Positions 18,000 through 27,376 of a stretch of 55,876 nucleotides of DNA are shown here, piece after piece (position 1 is the stretch's first letter; each line of letters begins with the position of its first letter). Where the stretch lies: contig JACQSM010000069.1 in assembly GCA_016205965.1 (NCBI GenBank), positions 1-55,876 of the forward strand, in the 5' to 3' direction. This stretch comes from Candidatus Uhrbacteria bacterium (GTDB lineage: Bacteria > Patescibacteriota > Patescibacteriia > SG8-24). The position numbers and the translations under genes are program-made. The notes below the pieces were generated by a model, which saw only the letters and a list, made by a program, of their open reading frames with translations, ran no database searches and had not been told where the DNA came from.

Positions 18000-19322
18000 A
18001 TGTCCGCTCAAGACTGCGACGTTGCCGTCATCGGCGCCGGCGTCACCGGCACGGCCTTGTTGTACGATTTGGCCAAGTACACCGACGTCGGCCGGATCGC
18101 GATTTTCGACAAATATCCGCAAGTCGCCCAGGTGAGTTCGCGCTCGACCAACAACAGCCAAACTTTGCATTTCGGCGACATCGAAACGAACTATTCGGTC
18201 GAGAAGGCCGCCCAGGTCAAAGTGGCCGCCGGCATGGTCGTCCGCTATCTCGAAAAAACGCCGGGCGCCGAGGATGCCTTTTTGAAGCGCCAGAAGATGG
18301 TTCTGGCCGTCGGCGAAAAAGAAGTCGGCGAGCTCGAAGCGCGACATGCCTCGTTCCGCCGATTGTTTCCCGGACTCCGGAAAGTCGACCGGGCCGGACT
18401 TGCCGAGTGCGAACCGGCGGTGGTCGAAGGCCGGCCTTCGTCGGTGCCGATTCTGGCCCTCATGAGCGATGACGGCTACATCGTCAATTTTGAAAAATTG
18501 TCCCAGTCGTTTCTCGACGAGGCCCTGAAGGCCAAGCCGGGCGGAATCGACGTGTGGCTTGGCACGGCGGTCGACCGCGTCGAAAAATCGGAAGGCGGGT
18601 ACCTGGTGCGAACGAGCGGCGGCGACGTTCGAGCCGCCGCCGTGGTCGTCGCCGCCGGCGCCTACAGCCTGCTCATGGCCCAAAGCCTGGGCTGCGGCCT
18701 CGAGTATTCGATGATCCCGGTGGTCGGCAACTTTTATCTGGCGCCCAACCGGCTGCGGGGCAAGGTCTACACCGTCCAGGAAAAAAGACTGCCCTTCGCC
18801 GCGCTCCATGCCGATCCCGACATCAATGACGCCGCGGTGATGCGTTTCGGACCGGTCTCCAAGGCCATGCCGATCCTCGAGCCGCGCAACTGGAAAACCG
18901 CGTTCGATTTCATGAAGCTGCTCCGGCCCGACTTCGACCTGCTCCGCAGCGTCATCGCCATCAACACCGATCCGGTCCTCGGCTGTTTCATCCTTGAGAG
19001 CCTCCTGCACGAGGTGCCGTTCGTCGGTCGGCGCCGTTTCGTGGCCGCCGCCCGCAAGATCATCCCGACGATCAAGGCCGAGGAGCTGCGTTTCGGCCGC
19101 GGCATCGGCGGCATCCGGCCCCAGGTCGTCAACAAAAAGGAACGCAAGCTCCAGATGGGCGAGGCCAAGATCGTCGCCGACGGCATCATCTTCAATATCA
19201 CCCCTTCGCCCGGCGCCACCGTCTGCCTCAAGAACGCCGAAGAGGACATGCGGACGCTCATGCGATTTTTCGGCGGACGCTTTCGCGTCGACGAGGCGGC
19301 GTTCGCGGCCGACTTCGGATGA
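18000..19322 (+). CDS. mqo: FAD-dependent oxidoreductase, Helicobacter-type malate:quinone oxidoreductase-like
   Basis: VAVIGAGVTGTA fold. Segments NSQTLHFGDIETNYS, LRGKVYTVQEKRLPFAALHADPD and FNITPSPGATVCL resemble my recollection of epsilonproteobacterial Mqo. The family assignment is from memory, not a search. Confidence 0.7.
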   Translation: MSAQDCDVAVIGAGVTGTALLYDLAKYTDVGRIAIFDKYPQVAQVSSRSTNNSQTLHFGDIETNYSVEKAAQVKVAAGMVVRYLEKTPGAEDAFLKRQKMVLAVGEKEVGELEARHASFRRLFPGLRKVDRAGLAECEPAVVEGRPSSVPILALMSDDGYIVNFEKLSQSFLDEALKAKPGGIDVWLGTAVDRVEKSEGGYLVRTSGGDVRAAAVVVAAGAYSLLMAQSLGCGLEYSMIPVVGNFYLAPNRLRGKVYTVQEKRLPFAALHADPDINDAAVMRFGPVSKAMPILEPRNWKTAFDFMKLLRPDFDLLRSVIAINTDPVLGCFILESLLHEVPFVGRRRFVAAARKIIPTIKAEELRFGRGIGGIRPQVVNKKERKLQMGEAKIVADGIIFNITPSPGATVCLKNAEEDMRTLMRFFGGRFRVDEAAFAADFG

Positions 19323-19403
19323 TCCGGACGCGATGCACCAAAATCTGATTGCGAATCGTAGTATACTGCATGCGGCCGCATTCGCCGCCGTTTTATCACG
19401 ATT

Positions 19404-20093
19404 ATGACCAAAAAATATCTCGGTTTCGCCGCTCTCGCCATCGCCGCCGTCGGACTCCTCCTGATGCAAGGGTCGGCCGCGCCCTCGACCGCGGTCAACA
19501 ACGCCGAGGCGAGCCAAAAGGAAATCGGCGCCGAACCGCTCCAGGACGGATCGTATGAAATCGTTTCTGGCAGTTCGATAAACTGGGAAGGCCGCAAGAC
19601 GATGATCGCCGGCTATAAGGACGTCGGCACGGTCCCGATTCTCCAAGGCAAGATCGCCGTTTCCGGCGGAAAAATCACCGGCGGCAACATGATCTTCGAC
19701 ATGAGCGCGCTCAAGGTCGGCGCCACCGGCAAGCAGAAAGGCGAAAGCATGCTCGAACGCCACCTCAAGTCGGACAGCTTTTTCAACGCCGAAAAATTTC
19801 CGACCGCCGAATTCGTCATCAAGGAGGCGGCGCCCGAAAAAGATGCGGCCGATTCGTTCCGCCACGCCGTCAGTGGCGAACTGACCATGAAGGGCATTAC
19901 CCGCGAGGTCGCTTTTTCGGCTTTGGCGTTCATGAAAGAAGGCAAAGCGGTCGTCGCCGCGACTTTCGATCTCGACCGGACGCTCTGGGACATCCGTTTC
20001 GGTTCGGCCAAGTTTTTCGACGATCTCGCCGACAACGTCATCGACGACAAGTTCACGGTTTCTTTCAGCGTCGTCGCCAACCCGGCGCGGTAA
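19404..20093 (+). CDS. YceI-like polyisoprenoid-binding protein, exported
   Basis: Signal-like N-terminus, then LKSDSFFNAEKFPTAEFVI and VSGELTMKGITREV, typical of the YceI family. Confidence 0.85.
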   Translation: MTKKYLGFAALAIAAVGLLLMQGSAAPSTAVNNAEASQKEIGAEPLQDGSYEIVSGSSINWEGRKTMIAGYKDVGTVPILQGKIAVSGGKITGGNMIFDMSALKVGATGKQKGESMLERHLKSDSFFNAEKFPTAEFVIKEAAPEKDAADSFRHAVSGELTMKGITREVAFSALAFMKEGKAVVAATFDLDRTLWDIRFGSAKFFDDLADNVIDDKFTVSFSVVANPAR

Positions 20094-20145
20094 GCCGCCG
20101 GGCGCGCCGTTGCCGGTGCGCCGAAAACATGCCACGATGGCTTGC

Positions 20146-20727
20146 ATGAAGACCGACGAACAACTCGTCGCCGACTACCTGGCGGGGGAGCGCTCGGCTT
20201 TCGATGAACTCGTCCGGCGTCATCTTGGCGCCGCGTACGGCTTTGCCAGGAAAATCCTGGGCAACGATCATGATGCCGAGGATGCGGCTCAAGAAGCTTT
20301 CGTCAAAGCCTGGCGCGGCCTTCGAAGCTTCGACCTCGAGCAAAATTTCAGGGCCTGGCTTTTTCGCATCGCCCGGAACGCCGCCTACGATCTCCGCAAG
20401 AAGAAGCGGCCATCGGCCTTTGCCGAGATGGACGCCGGCGCGCCGGGAATGACTTTCGCCGAAACGATCGCGGATCGCGGCCCGTCGCTCGCCGAAGCCG
20501 TCGATCGAGCCGGAACGGCCGAGACCGTCCATGCCGCCCTGATAAGACTTCCCGAATGTTATCGCCGGGTGCTGCACTTGCGCTTCGTCGAAGACCTCAC
20601 GTTCCGCGAGATCGGCGAAGTGCTCGGCGCGCCGCTCGACACCGTCAAATGCCGCTGCCGGCGCGGCCTCATCCGCCTGAAAAAACTGTTGGCCGGCGCC
20701 GCACCAATGTCGAGCCCTGAATCGTAG
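20146..20727 (+). CDS. ECF-type RNA polymerase sigma-70 factor
   Basis: Region 2 reads DAEDAAQEAFVKAWRGLRSFD..FRAWLFRIARNAAYD. Region 4 reads YRRVLHLRFVEDLTFREIGEVLGAPLDTVKCRCRRGL. Confidence 0.9.
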   Translation: MKTDEQLVADYLAGERSAFDELVRRHLGAAYGFARKILGNDHDAEDAAQEAFVKAWRGLRSFDLEQNFRAWLFRIARNAAYDLRKKKRPSAFAEMDAGAPGMTFAETIADRGPSLAEAVDRAGTAETVHAALIRLPECYRRVLHLRFVEDLTFREIGEVLGAPLDTVKCRCRRGLIRLKKLLAGAAPMSSPES

Positions 20728-20740
20728 TAAGGGTGAGGAT

Positions 20741-21142
20741 ATGTCTCGTCATGCCGAACCATGCCTCGAAGCGCCGCCGGCCGCGGCCGCGCCCGCCAGC
20801 CTGTTCGAGCGCGTCGTCGACCGTATTCGCCTCGAAGAACGGCGCCTGTTTTTCCGTCGACGGGCCTTGCCGGGCGCGATCGGCGCGATCGCGTCGGCGG
20901 TCATGGCCGCGTGGGCCGTGTCCGGCACGCTTGATCAGCTGTCGAGCGGCGGCGCGGCCGCCTTCCTTTCGTTGGCCTATACCGACACCGACATGGTTTT
21001 GGCGTACGGCCGCGATTTTCTGGAGACCGCGCTCGAGGCGCTGCCCGTCACCGGCCTGATCGGCGTGTTCTCCGCCTGCTTCATCGGCCTGCTTTCCTAC
21101 GCCGCCCTGTCTTCTTATGAACCCCGTTTTCAAGAACGCTAA
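20741..21142 (+). CDS. Putative membrane anti-sigma factor
   Basis: Starts 14 nt after the sigma gene. Cytoplasmic N-terminus, two hydrophobic helices. No zinc-binding motif was recognised. Confidence 0.5.
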   Translation: MSRHAEPCLEAPPAAAAPASLFERVVDRIRLEERRLFFRRRALPGAIGAIASAVMAAWAVSGTLDQLSSGGAAAFLSLAYTDTDMVLAYGRDFLETALEALPVTGLIGVFSACFIGLLSYAALSSYEPRFQER

Positions 21143-21602
21143 AATCCGCGCCGCCCTGGCCGTCTTCGGCGGAGTGATCCTGCTCCTGGCCGCATTCCAG
21201 GCCGGCATCCACGTCGGTTATCGCAAGGCCGGTTTCGCCTATCAGTGGGGCGAAAATTATCACCGCGTATTCGGCGGACCCGGAGACGGCTTCATGCGCG
21301 AGGCCCGCGGCCGCGGCCCCGATTTCATGGCCGCCCACGGCATCTTCGGCACGATTCTGAAAGTCGACGGCGACGAGATCGTCATCGCCGGGCAGGATGG
21401 CGTCGAGCGGACCGTCGTCGTCGATGCGGCGACGGAAATCCGCGGCGGACGCGAGCGCTTCGCCGCCGCCGCCCTGGTTGCCGATGAGCGCGTCGTCGTC
21501 ATCGGCGAGCCCGATGGTAGCGGCCGGCTGCTCGCCAAGTTCATGCGCGTCTTTCCCAAGGATGAGCCGCTGCCGAGCCCGCGCCAGAAATTTCGACGCT
21601 AA
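21117..21602 (+). CDS. Membrane-anchored hypothetical protein
   Basis: N-terminal helix AALAVFGGVILLLAAF and a beta-rich C-terminus. It overlaps the upstream gene by 26 nt. Confidence 0.6.
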   Translation: MNPVFKNAKIRAALAVFGGVILLLAAFQAGIHVGYRKAGFAYQWGENYHRVFGGPGDGFMREARGRGPDFMAAHGIFGTILKVDGDEIVIAGQDGVERTVVVDAATEIRGGRERFAAAALVADERVVVIGEPDGSGRLLAKFMRVFPKDEPLPSPRQKFRR

Positions 21603-23378
21603 ATGGAAACGCCAATGTCCATCGCCGCCCTCGTCAAAAGAAAGTGGCTGCTCGCCCTCGTCTTGTCGGTCATGGCCGGCGGTTATTTTGCATACAGATC
21701 GTATGCCACCCCGCCGGAGCAGATCCGTTACGTCACCGTTCCGGTCGAACGCGGGACCTTGATCGTTTCGGTTTCTGGCAGCGGCCAGGTCGCCAGCTCC
21801 AACCAGGTCGATGTCAAGCCGAAGGCCTCCGGCGACGCGGTCAGCGTGCCGGCGGTCGAAGGACGTGAGGTCAAAGCCGGCGCCTTGCTCGTCCAGCTCG
21901 ACGCTCGCGACGCCCAGAAGTCGGTCCGCGACGCCGAGGTAAGTCTCGAGACGGCGCGGCTCTCATTGGCAAAACTCAAGGAGCCGGCCAGCGACCTCGA
22001 TATTCTGCAGTCGGAAAATTCGCTGCTCCAGGCCCGGGAATCGAAACAAAAGGCCGAGGATGATCTGCAAAAGACCTTCGAGGACATCTACAACGACGTC
22101 GCCGACGCGTTTCTTGACCTGCCGGCGATCATGACCGGCCTCAAGGACATTCTCTATTCGAACACCGCCGTTCCGACCCAGTCGAACATCGACTACTACG
22201 CCGATACGACTTTCAAGTACGACGCTCGGGCGACGACGTTCTCAACCGATGCCGACAGCCGTTATCTGACCGCTCGGGCGGCCTACGATGCCAACTTCAC
22301 GACCTACAAAAATACCGGCCGCATGGCGTCGGAAGCCGAGCTTGAAACATTGCTCGGCCAAACATACGAAACCGCCAAAGCGGTCTCCGAGGCGGTCAAA
22401 AGCGCCAGCAATTTGATCCAGTTCTATAAAGATACCCTGACCAATTACGGTTCCAAACCGTTGCCGCTTGCCGACACCCACCTGGCCGGCCTCAACGGCT
22501 CCACCGGGAAGGTCAACGGACACCTCTCCGGCCTGCTGGCGACCAAGAACGCGCTCAAGACCGATCGCGACACCATCCGCGGCGCCGAACGATCGATCGT
22601 CGAGAGGACGGCGTCGCTGGCCGACCTCAAGGCCGGTCCCAGTGCGCTCGATCTGCGTTCGCAGGAGCTGACCGTCAAGCAGCGTGAATACGCCCTCCTC
22701 GACGCCCGCGAAAAGCTCGCCGATTACTACGTCCGCGCGCCCTTCGATGGCATCCTGGCCGAGGTCAATATCAAGAAAGGGGAGTCGGCATCGAGCGGCG
22801 CCGCCGTCGCCGTCCTGCTGGCCAAGCAGAAACTGGCCGAGATATCGCTCAACGAACTCGATGCCGCCAAGGTCAAAGTCGGACAGAAATCCACGCTGAC
22901 GTTCGATGCGATCGAAGGCTTGAGCATCAGCGGCGAAGTCGCCCAGATCGACGCCATCGGCGCCGTTTCGCAGGGCGTCGTCAATTACGGCCTGATGATC
23001 GCGTTCGACACCCAGGATGCGCGGGTGAAACCGGGCATGAGCGTCACCGCCTCGATCGTTACCGAGATGCGGCCGGACGTGCTCATGGTCCCCAGTACCG
23101 CCGTCAAATATCAGGCCGAACAGGCCGCGGTGGAGGTGATGCCCGCCGGCGCGGCGGCGCCGACGGCGAAACGGGTCCAGACCGGACTCTCGAACGACAC
23201 CATGACCGAGATCGCCGGCGGACTCGAAGAGGGCGAACTCGTGGTGACCCAGACCGTCCGTCAGTCGGCGGCGCCGGCGACGACCCAGCAGAACAACCGT
23301 TCGATCTTTCCGACGCCGACGCCCTCGCGCGGCGCCGGAGGAGGCGGCAACCGCGGCACCTTCCAGATTCAGCGTTGA
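21603..23378 (+). CDS. Efflux periplasmic adaptor (HlyD/MacA-type membrane fusion protein)
   Basis: N-terminal TM, a lipoyl-like VKAGALLVQLD, a long coiled-coil hairpin, beta-barrel motifs and a Gly/Pro-rich tail. Confidence 0.85.
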   Translation: METPMSIAALVKRKWLLALVLSVMAGGYFAYRSYATPPEQIRYVTVPVERGTLIVSVSGSGQVASSNQVDVKPKASGDAVSVPAVEGREVKAGALLVQLDARDAQKSVRDAEVSLETARLSLAKLKEPASDLDILQSENSLLQARESKQKAEDDLQKTFEDIYNDVADAFLDLPAIMTGLKDILYSNTAVPTQSNIDYYADTTFKYDARATTFSTDADSRYLTARAAYDANFTTYKNTGRMASEAELETLLGQTYETAKAVSEAVKSASNLIQFYKDTLTNYGSKPLPLADTHLAGLNGSTGKVNGHLSGLLATKNALKTDRDTIRGAERSIVERTASLADLKAGPSALDLRSQELTVKQREYALLDAREKLADYYVRAPFDGILAEVNIKKGESASSGAAVAVLLAKQKLAEISLNELDAAKVKVGQKSTLTFDAIEGLSISGEVAQIDAIGAVSQGVVNYGLMIAFDTQDARVKPGMSVTASIVTEMRPDVLMVPSTAVKYQAEQAAVEVMPAGAAAPTAKRVQTGLSNDTMTEIAGGLEEGELVVTQTVRQSAAPATTQQNNRSIFPTPTPSRGAGGGGNRGTFQIQR

Positions 23379-23383
23379 TCGCT

Positions 23384-24103
23384 ATGATCGAGTGCCGCGA
23401 CATCACCAAGACCTACGTCAACGGCGACGTCGAGACGAAGGTGCTCAAAGGCGTGTCGTTCAGCATCAAGGACGGCGAGTTCGTCGCCATCATGGGGCCG
23501 TCGGGTTCGGGCAAATCGACGCTGATGCACATCCTGGGCGCTCTCGACACGGCCACCTCCGGCCGGTACCTGCTCGACGGCAATGACGTTTCGAAGCTCT
23601 CCGACGACGAGCTGGCCGACATTCGAAGGCGCAAGATCGGTTTCGTTTTTCAGTCGTTCAATCTGCTGCCCCGGGCGACCGTGCTCCGCAACGTGTCGCT
23701 GCCCTTGGTCTACGCCGAGATGCCCGCGCCCGAACGCGACGCGAAAGCTCGCCGGGCGCTCCTAAGCGCCGGGCTCGACGAATCGCGGTTCTTTCACCGT
23801 TCGAATCAGCTCTCCGGCGGTCAGATGCAGCGCGTCGCCATCGCCCGGGCCCTGGTCAACGACCCTTCATTGATCCTGGCCGATGAGCCCACCGGCAATC
23901 TCGACACCAAGACCGGCGAAGTCGTCCTCGGCACGTTTCAGGAGCTCAATCTCAAAGAAAAGCGCACGATAATTCTCATCACGCACGAGCGCTACGTCGC
24001 CGAGCATGCCGACCGCATCATCCAGATCCGCGACGGACTGATCGTCGAGGACGGCAACCATTTCAAGCGCCGCGTCATCGATCACCGCCATGAGGGCATC
24101 TGA
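23384..24103 (+). CDS. MacB/LolD-type ABC transporter ATP-binding protein
   Basis: Walker [10 protein letters not shown], signature [15 protein letters not shown] and Walker [13 protein letters not shown]. The track ORF starts at TTG 23375; the ATG at 23384 is preferred. Confidence 0.92.
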   Translation: MIECRDITKTYVNGDVETKVLKGVSFSIKDGEFVAIMGPSGSGKSTLMHILGALDTATSGRYLLDGNDVSKLSDDELADIRRRKIGFVFQSFNLLPRATVLRNVSLPLVYAEMPAPERDAKARRALLSAGLDESRFFHRSNQLSGGQMQRVAIARALVNDPSLILADEPTGNLDTKTGEVVLGTFQELNLKEKRTIILITHERYVAEHADRIIQIRDGLIVEDGNHFKRRVIDHRHEGI

Positions 24104-25313
24104 CATCATCCAGGAAACCTACGGCGCCCTGACCGTCAACAAGGCCAGGTCCGGTTTGACGATCCTCGGCATCGTCATCGGCATCGGTTCGGTCATCGCC
24201 CTGGTCTCGCTCGGCCAAGGCGCCCAAGATTCGATCGCTTCCAATATCCAGGCGCTCGGCTCGAATCTGCTCATGGTCCGGCCCGGCGCCCAGACCGGGC
24301 CGGGCGCGCAAGTCAGCGCCGGCCGCGGCTCGGCCTCGACCTTGACGATCGACGATGCCGAGGCGATCAAAAAGGAACTGCCGCTGGCCAAGGCGGTCGC
24401 GCCTGAGACTTCCTCGCGCCTTCAGGTCACGGCCCGCGGCACCAACACCAACACTACCATCGTGGGCACGACCCCCGATTATCTGACCGCCCGCAACGTC
24501 AAGATCGACCAGGGGAGCTTCGTCAGCGATCAGCACCTGCGCAGCCTCTCCAAGGTGGCGGTGCTGGGACCGACGACGCGCGACGATCTCTTCGGCGAAG
24601 GCGCGAACGCCATCGGCCAGAAGGTCCGCATCAATCGGGTCGAGTTCACGGTCATCGGCATCACCGCGGTCAAAGGCGGCAGCGGCTTTGCCAACCCCGA
24701 CGATGCCGTCTACGTGCCGCTGACCACGGCCCAGCGGTTTCTGACCGGCGGCACCAAAGTCGGCGGCATCAGCGTCGAGGCGGCGGATCAGGCCTCGATG
24801 GATCCGCTCAAAGAGCAGATCACCGACCTGCTGCTGCGCCGCCACAACATTCCCAACGCCGAGCTGGCCGACTTCAGCATCTTGAGCCAGGCCGACATCA
24901 TCGCCACCATCTCGCAGGTGACGCAGGCGCTGACCTCGCTCCTCGCGGCCGTCGCCGCCATCTCGCTGGTCGTCGGCGGCATCGGCATCATGAACATGAT
25001 GCTCACGACCGTGACCGAACGGACGCGCGAGATCGGGCTGCGTAAGGCGATCGGAGCCAAGAACCGCGACATCCGCACCCAGTTCCTTATTGAGGCCGTC
25101 GCGCTGACGTTTCTCGGCGGCGCCATCGGCATCGTGTTGGGCGCGGCGGTATCGGTGGCGATCGGATCGGTCGCCGGCTACGCCAGCCGCGTCTCGGTAT
25201 CGTCGATCATGCTCTCGGTCGGCGTTTCCGGCGCCATCGGCATAGTTTTCGGCTACTATCCGGCGCTGCGGGCCTCGCGTCTCAATCCGATAGAAGCGTT
25301 GCGGTATGAATGA
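24090..25313 (+). CDS. MacB/FtsX-family ABC transporter permease
   Basis: MacB periplasmic core domain between TM1 and TM2, then the C-terminal FtsX domain REIGLRKAIGAKNRDI. It overlaps the ATPase gene by 14 nt. Confidence 0.9.
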   Translation: MRASDIIQETYGALTVNKARSGLTILGIVIGIGSVIALVSLGQGAQDSIASNIQALGSNLLMVRPGAQTGPGAQVSAGRGSASTLTIDDAEAIKKELPLAKAVAPETSSRLQVTARGTNTNTTIVGTTPDYLTARNVKIDQGSFVSDQHLRSLSKVAVLGPTTRDDLFGEGANAIGQKVRINRVEFTVIGITAVKGGSGFANPDDAVYVPLTTAQRFLTGGTKVGGISVEAADQASMDPLKEQITDLLLRRHNIPNAELADFSILSQADIIATISQVTQALTSLLAAVAAISLVVGGIGIMNMMLTTVTERTREIGLRKAIGAKNRDIRTQFLIEAVALTFLGGAIGIVLGAAVSVAIGSVAGYASRVSVSSIMLSVGVSGAIGIVFGYYPALRASRLNPIEALRYE

Positions 25314-25331
25314 ATTTTTTAACCCCATGTT

Positions 25332-25781
25332 ATGATCGACCTCAAGAAAGCGTTGCCCTTCGTCGTTGTCGCGGCCGTCGTTTTCGGCGCCGGCGGATTT
25401 TTCGGCGGCCAGGCGTATGCGAAGAGCAAGGCGCCCGGCCGCGCCGCGGCCGGCGAGTTTCGAGCGGCCGGCCAAGGCGGCAGGGGAGCCCAGGGCCCGG
25501 TCGGCGCCAGCGGAGCGCGCCGCGGAGGTCTGACCGGCCCGGGCGGCTTCGTCATCGGTGAAATTCTTAAAAAAGACGACGCGAGCGTAACCGTTACGCT
25601 GCCCGACGGCGGTTCCAAGATAATTTTCTTGTCGGAAAAGACCCAGGTGCAGAAGACAACCGAAGCCGCCCTCGCCGACCTCGCGGTCGGTACCCGCGTT
25701 CGCGTCACCGGATCACAAAACGACGACGGCAGCGTCAGCGCCCAAACCGTCCAGATCGTCCCGGCCGGCATGGTACGATGA
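25332..25781 (+). CDS. Exported DUF5666-like small protein
   Basis: N-terminal helix, a Gly/Ala/Arg-rich low-complexity linker and a C-terminal OB-like part: VTVTLPDGGSKIIF...VGTRVRVTG..DGSVSAQTVQI. Confidence 0.6.
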   Translation: MIDLKKALPFVVVAAVVFGAGGFFGGQAYAKSKAPGRAAAGEFRAAGQGGRGAQGPVGASGARRGGLTGPGGFVIGEILKKDDASVTVTLPDGGSKIIFLSEKTQVQKTTEAALADLAVGTRVRVTGSQNDDGSVSAQTVQIVPAGMVR

Positions 25782-25785
25782 ATTC

Positions 25786-26370
25786 ATGCCCTTCTTGGAC
25801 GGTTTTCTCAAAGCCTTTTTTGCGGTTTTCGGCGTCATGGATCCGGTCGGCAACGTACCGCCGTTTTTGTCGCTGACCGGCAAACTCGATTCCAAGGCGC
25901 GCCGCCGGCTCGGCGATAAGGCGGTGGTGCGGGCGGCAGTCATCCTGACCGTCTTCGTTTTCCTCGGCAACGGCATCCTCGATGCCTTCCATATCTCGAT
26001 CGAGAGCTTCCGGATCGCCGGCGGCATAATTCTGGTGCTGCTCGGCCTTGAAATCATCTTCGGCTTCAGCCTGCGCGGCGAATCCGTCGAGGCTCACGAC
26101 GACGTCAGCGTCGTGCCGCTGGCCACGCCGCTGATCGCCGGTCCGGGCACCATCACCTCGGCCGTGATTCTGGCCAAGCAATACGGCTATGCCGTGACCC
26201 TGGCCGGCATCGCCGCCAACCTCGCGCTCTCGATGATTCTGTTTCGCAAGGCCGATACGATTCTGCGATTGCTCGGTACCAAGGGGACGCTGATGTTCGC
26301 CAAGGTGATGGGATTGATTTTGGTCGCCATCGGCGTCGAGTTTATTCGAAGCGGTTTAGGGTCGGTATGA
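25786..26370 (+). CDS. MarC-family (UPF0056) integral membrane protein
   Basis: FFAVFGVMDPVGNVPPFLSL and LATPLIAGPGTITS are hallmarks of the family. Confidence 0.85.
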   Translation: MPFLDGFLKAFFAVFGVMDPVGNVPPFLSLTGKLDSKARRRLGDKAVVRAAVILTVFVFLGNGILDAFHISIESFRIAGGIILVLLGLEIIFGFSLRGESVEAHDDVSVVPLATPLIAGPGTITSAVILAKQYGYAVTLAGIAANLALSMILFRKADTILRLLGTKGTLMFAKVMGLILVAIGVEFIRSGLGSV

Positions 26371-26376
26371 TATACT
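26368..26376 (+). promoter_or_regulatory. Extended -10 element TGATATACT overlapping the MarC stop codon
   Basis: Matches TGnTATACT and lies 21 nt upstream of the ATG at 26398. Confidence 0.4.
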
Positions 26377-26397
26377 GACGTTTGTAATTTCACTCCT

Positions 26398-26565
26398 ATG
26401 GCCGAAGAGCAGCTGTTCAAATGCCATCGTTGCGGCAAAGAAAAGACCAAGGACCAGGGCTATCTCAAGCTCGGCGAGCTCCTTTTTTGTTGCAAGGAAT
26501 GCTGTACTAAGGAAGAAGAGAAGAAAGACGGGGATAAAGCACCCAATGTGTGCGAGTTTTGCTAA
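26398..26565 (+). CDS. 55-aa Cys-rich (TRASH/zinc-ribbon-like) small protein, absent from the ORF track
   Basis: My own translation: MAEEQLFKCHRCGKEKTKDQGYLKLGELLFCCKECCTKEEEKKDGDKAPNVCEFC. It has 8 Cys, arranged CxxC-x18-CCxxCC plus a C-terminal CxxC. Confidence 0.5.
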   Translation: MAEEQLFKCHRCGKEKTKDQGYLKLGELLFCCKECCTKEEEKKDGDKAPNVCEFC

Positions 26566-26576
26566 CCGATCGGACG

Positions 26577-27371
26577 ATGCCCAACGCCATCGCCATTCTC
26601 GCCGGCCTCGGCGCCGTCCTCATGGCCTATCTGACGCAGCTCAATGTCGGCGGCGTCTCTTTGGTGGCCTGTGATTTCGGCAAGGAAATATCCTGCAGCG
26701 CCGTCGGTCAGAGCGATTTCGCGACCCTGGCCGGCGTTCCGGTATCCATTCTCGGCCTAGCCTACTTTTTGACCGTCATGGTCCTGGTTCTGCGCAAGCG
26801 CCAGGCGCACCGTTTTGGCATCATCGCCTCCTTCACGGTTTTCTCCCTGGTTTTTTCGGCCTACCTCTTGATGATCGAAATCGCGATCATCGGCGCCATC
26901 TGCATCTTTTGCGAAACTTCGAAGCTGCTCATGGTCGCGATCCTGGCCCTGGCTCTGATTGCGGCCAAGAAGGGCGGCGAAAAAATCCGGCACCAATGGA
27001 TTATCGGCGCCGCCGCCGTCGGACTTGTGTTCAGCCTCGCCGCCTACGGGTTGCAGCGCGAACCCGCACCGACGCGCGACTATTCCATCCTGGCGCAATG
27101 TCTGACCGGCCAAGGCGCCTCGATGTACGGCTCGTATATCTGCCCGGCTTGCGCCAAGCAGAAGCGACTCTTCGGCGCTGCTTTCAATTTCATTGACGAG
27201 GTCGAATGTCATCCGCGCGGTCCGGAGCCGCAGGTTGAACGCTGCGTCGCCAAGCGCATCGCCAAGACCCCGACCTGGATCCAGGAACGCGGCGGCGTCG
27301 AAGCGCGGCGCATCGAAGGGGTGTGGACGCCGGAAGAACTGGCGGAAATGTTCGGCTGCCCGGCTGAATAA
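26577..27371 (+). CDS. Vitamin K epoxide reductase (VKOR) homolog fused to a thioredoxin-like domain
   Basis: Loop cysteines (VACDFGKEISCS) and the membrane CxxC (CIFCE). The C-terminal domain carries YICPACAKQKRLFG. Start trimmed to MPNAIAIL. Confidence 0.85.
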   Translation: MPNAIAILAGLGAVLMAYLTQLNVGGVSLVACDFGKEISCSAVGQSDFATLAGVPVSILGLAYFLTVMVLVLRKRQAHRFGIIASFTVFSLVFSAYLLMIEIAIIGAICIFCETSKLLMVAILALALIAAKKGGEKIRHQWIIGAAAVGLVFSLAAYGLQREPAPTRDYSILAQCLTGQGASMYGSYICPACAKQKRLFGAAFNFIDEVECHPRGPEPQVERCVAKRIAKTPTWIQERGGVEARRIEGVWTPEELAEMFGCPAE

Positions 27372-27376
27372 AAAAT

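Noticed and set aside
17847-20147. 766-aa ORF on the minus strand
   Set aside because: It is antisense to the Mqo-like and YceI genes and has the same Arg/Gly/Asp-rich shadow-frame composition, with no motifs.
24075-25475. 466-aa minus-strand ORF. Similar cases are 43699..45225 and 45882..47114.
   Set aside because: They are antisense to the MacB permease, the FtsB/parvulin genes and ftsEX respectively. They are low-complexity Arg/Asp/Gly-rich translations. 43699..45225 would also run across the tRNA-Thr terminator.
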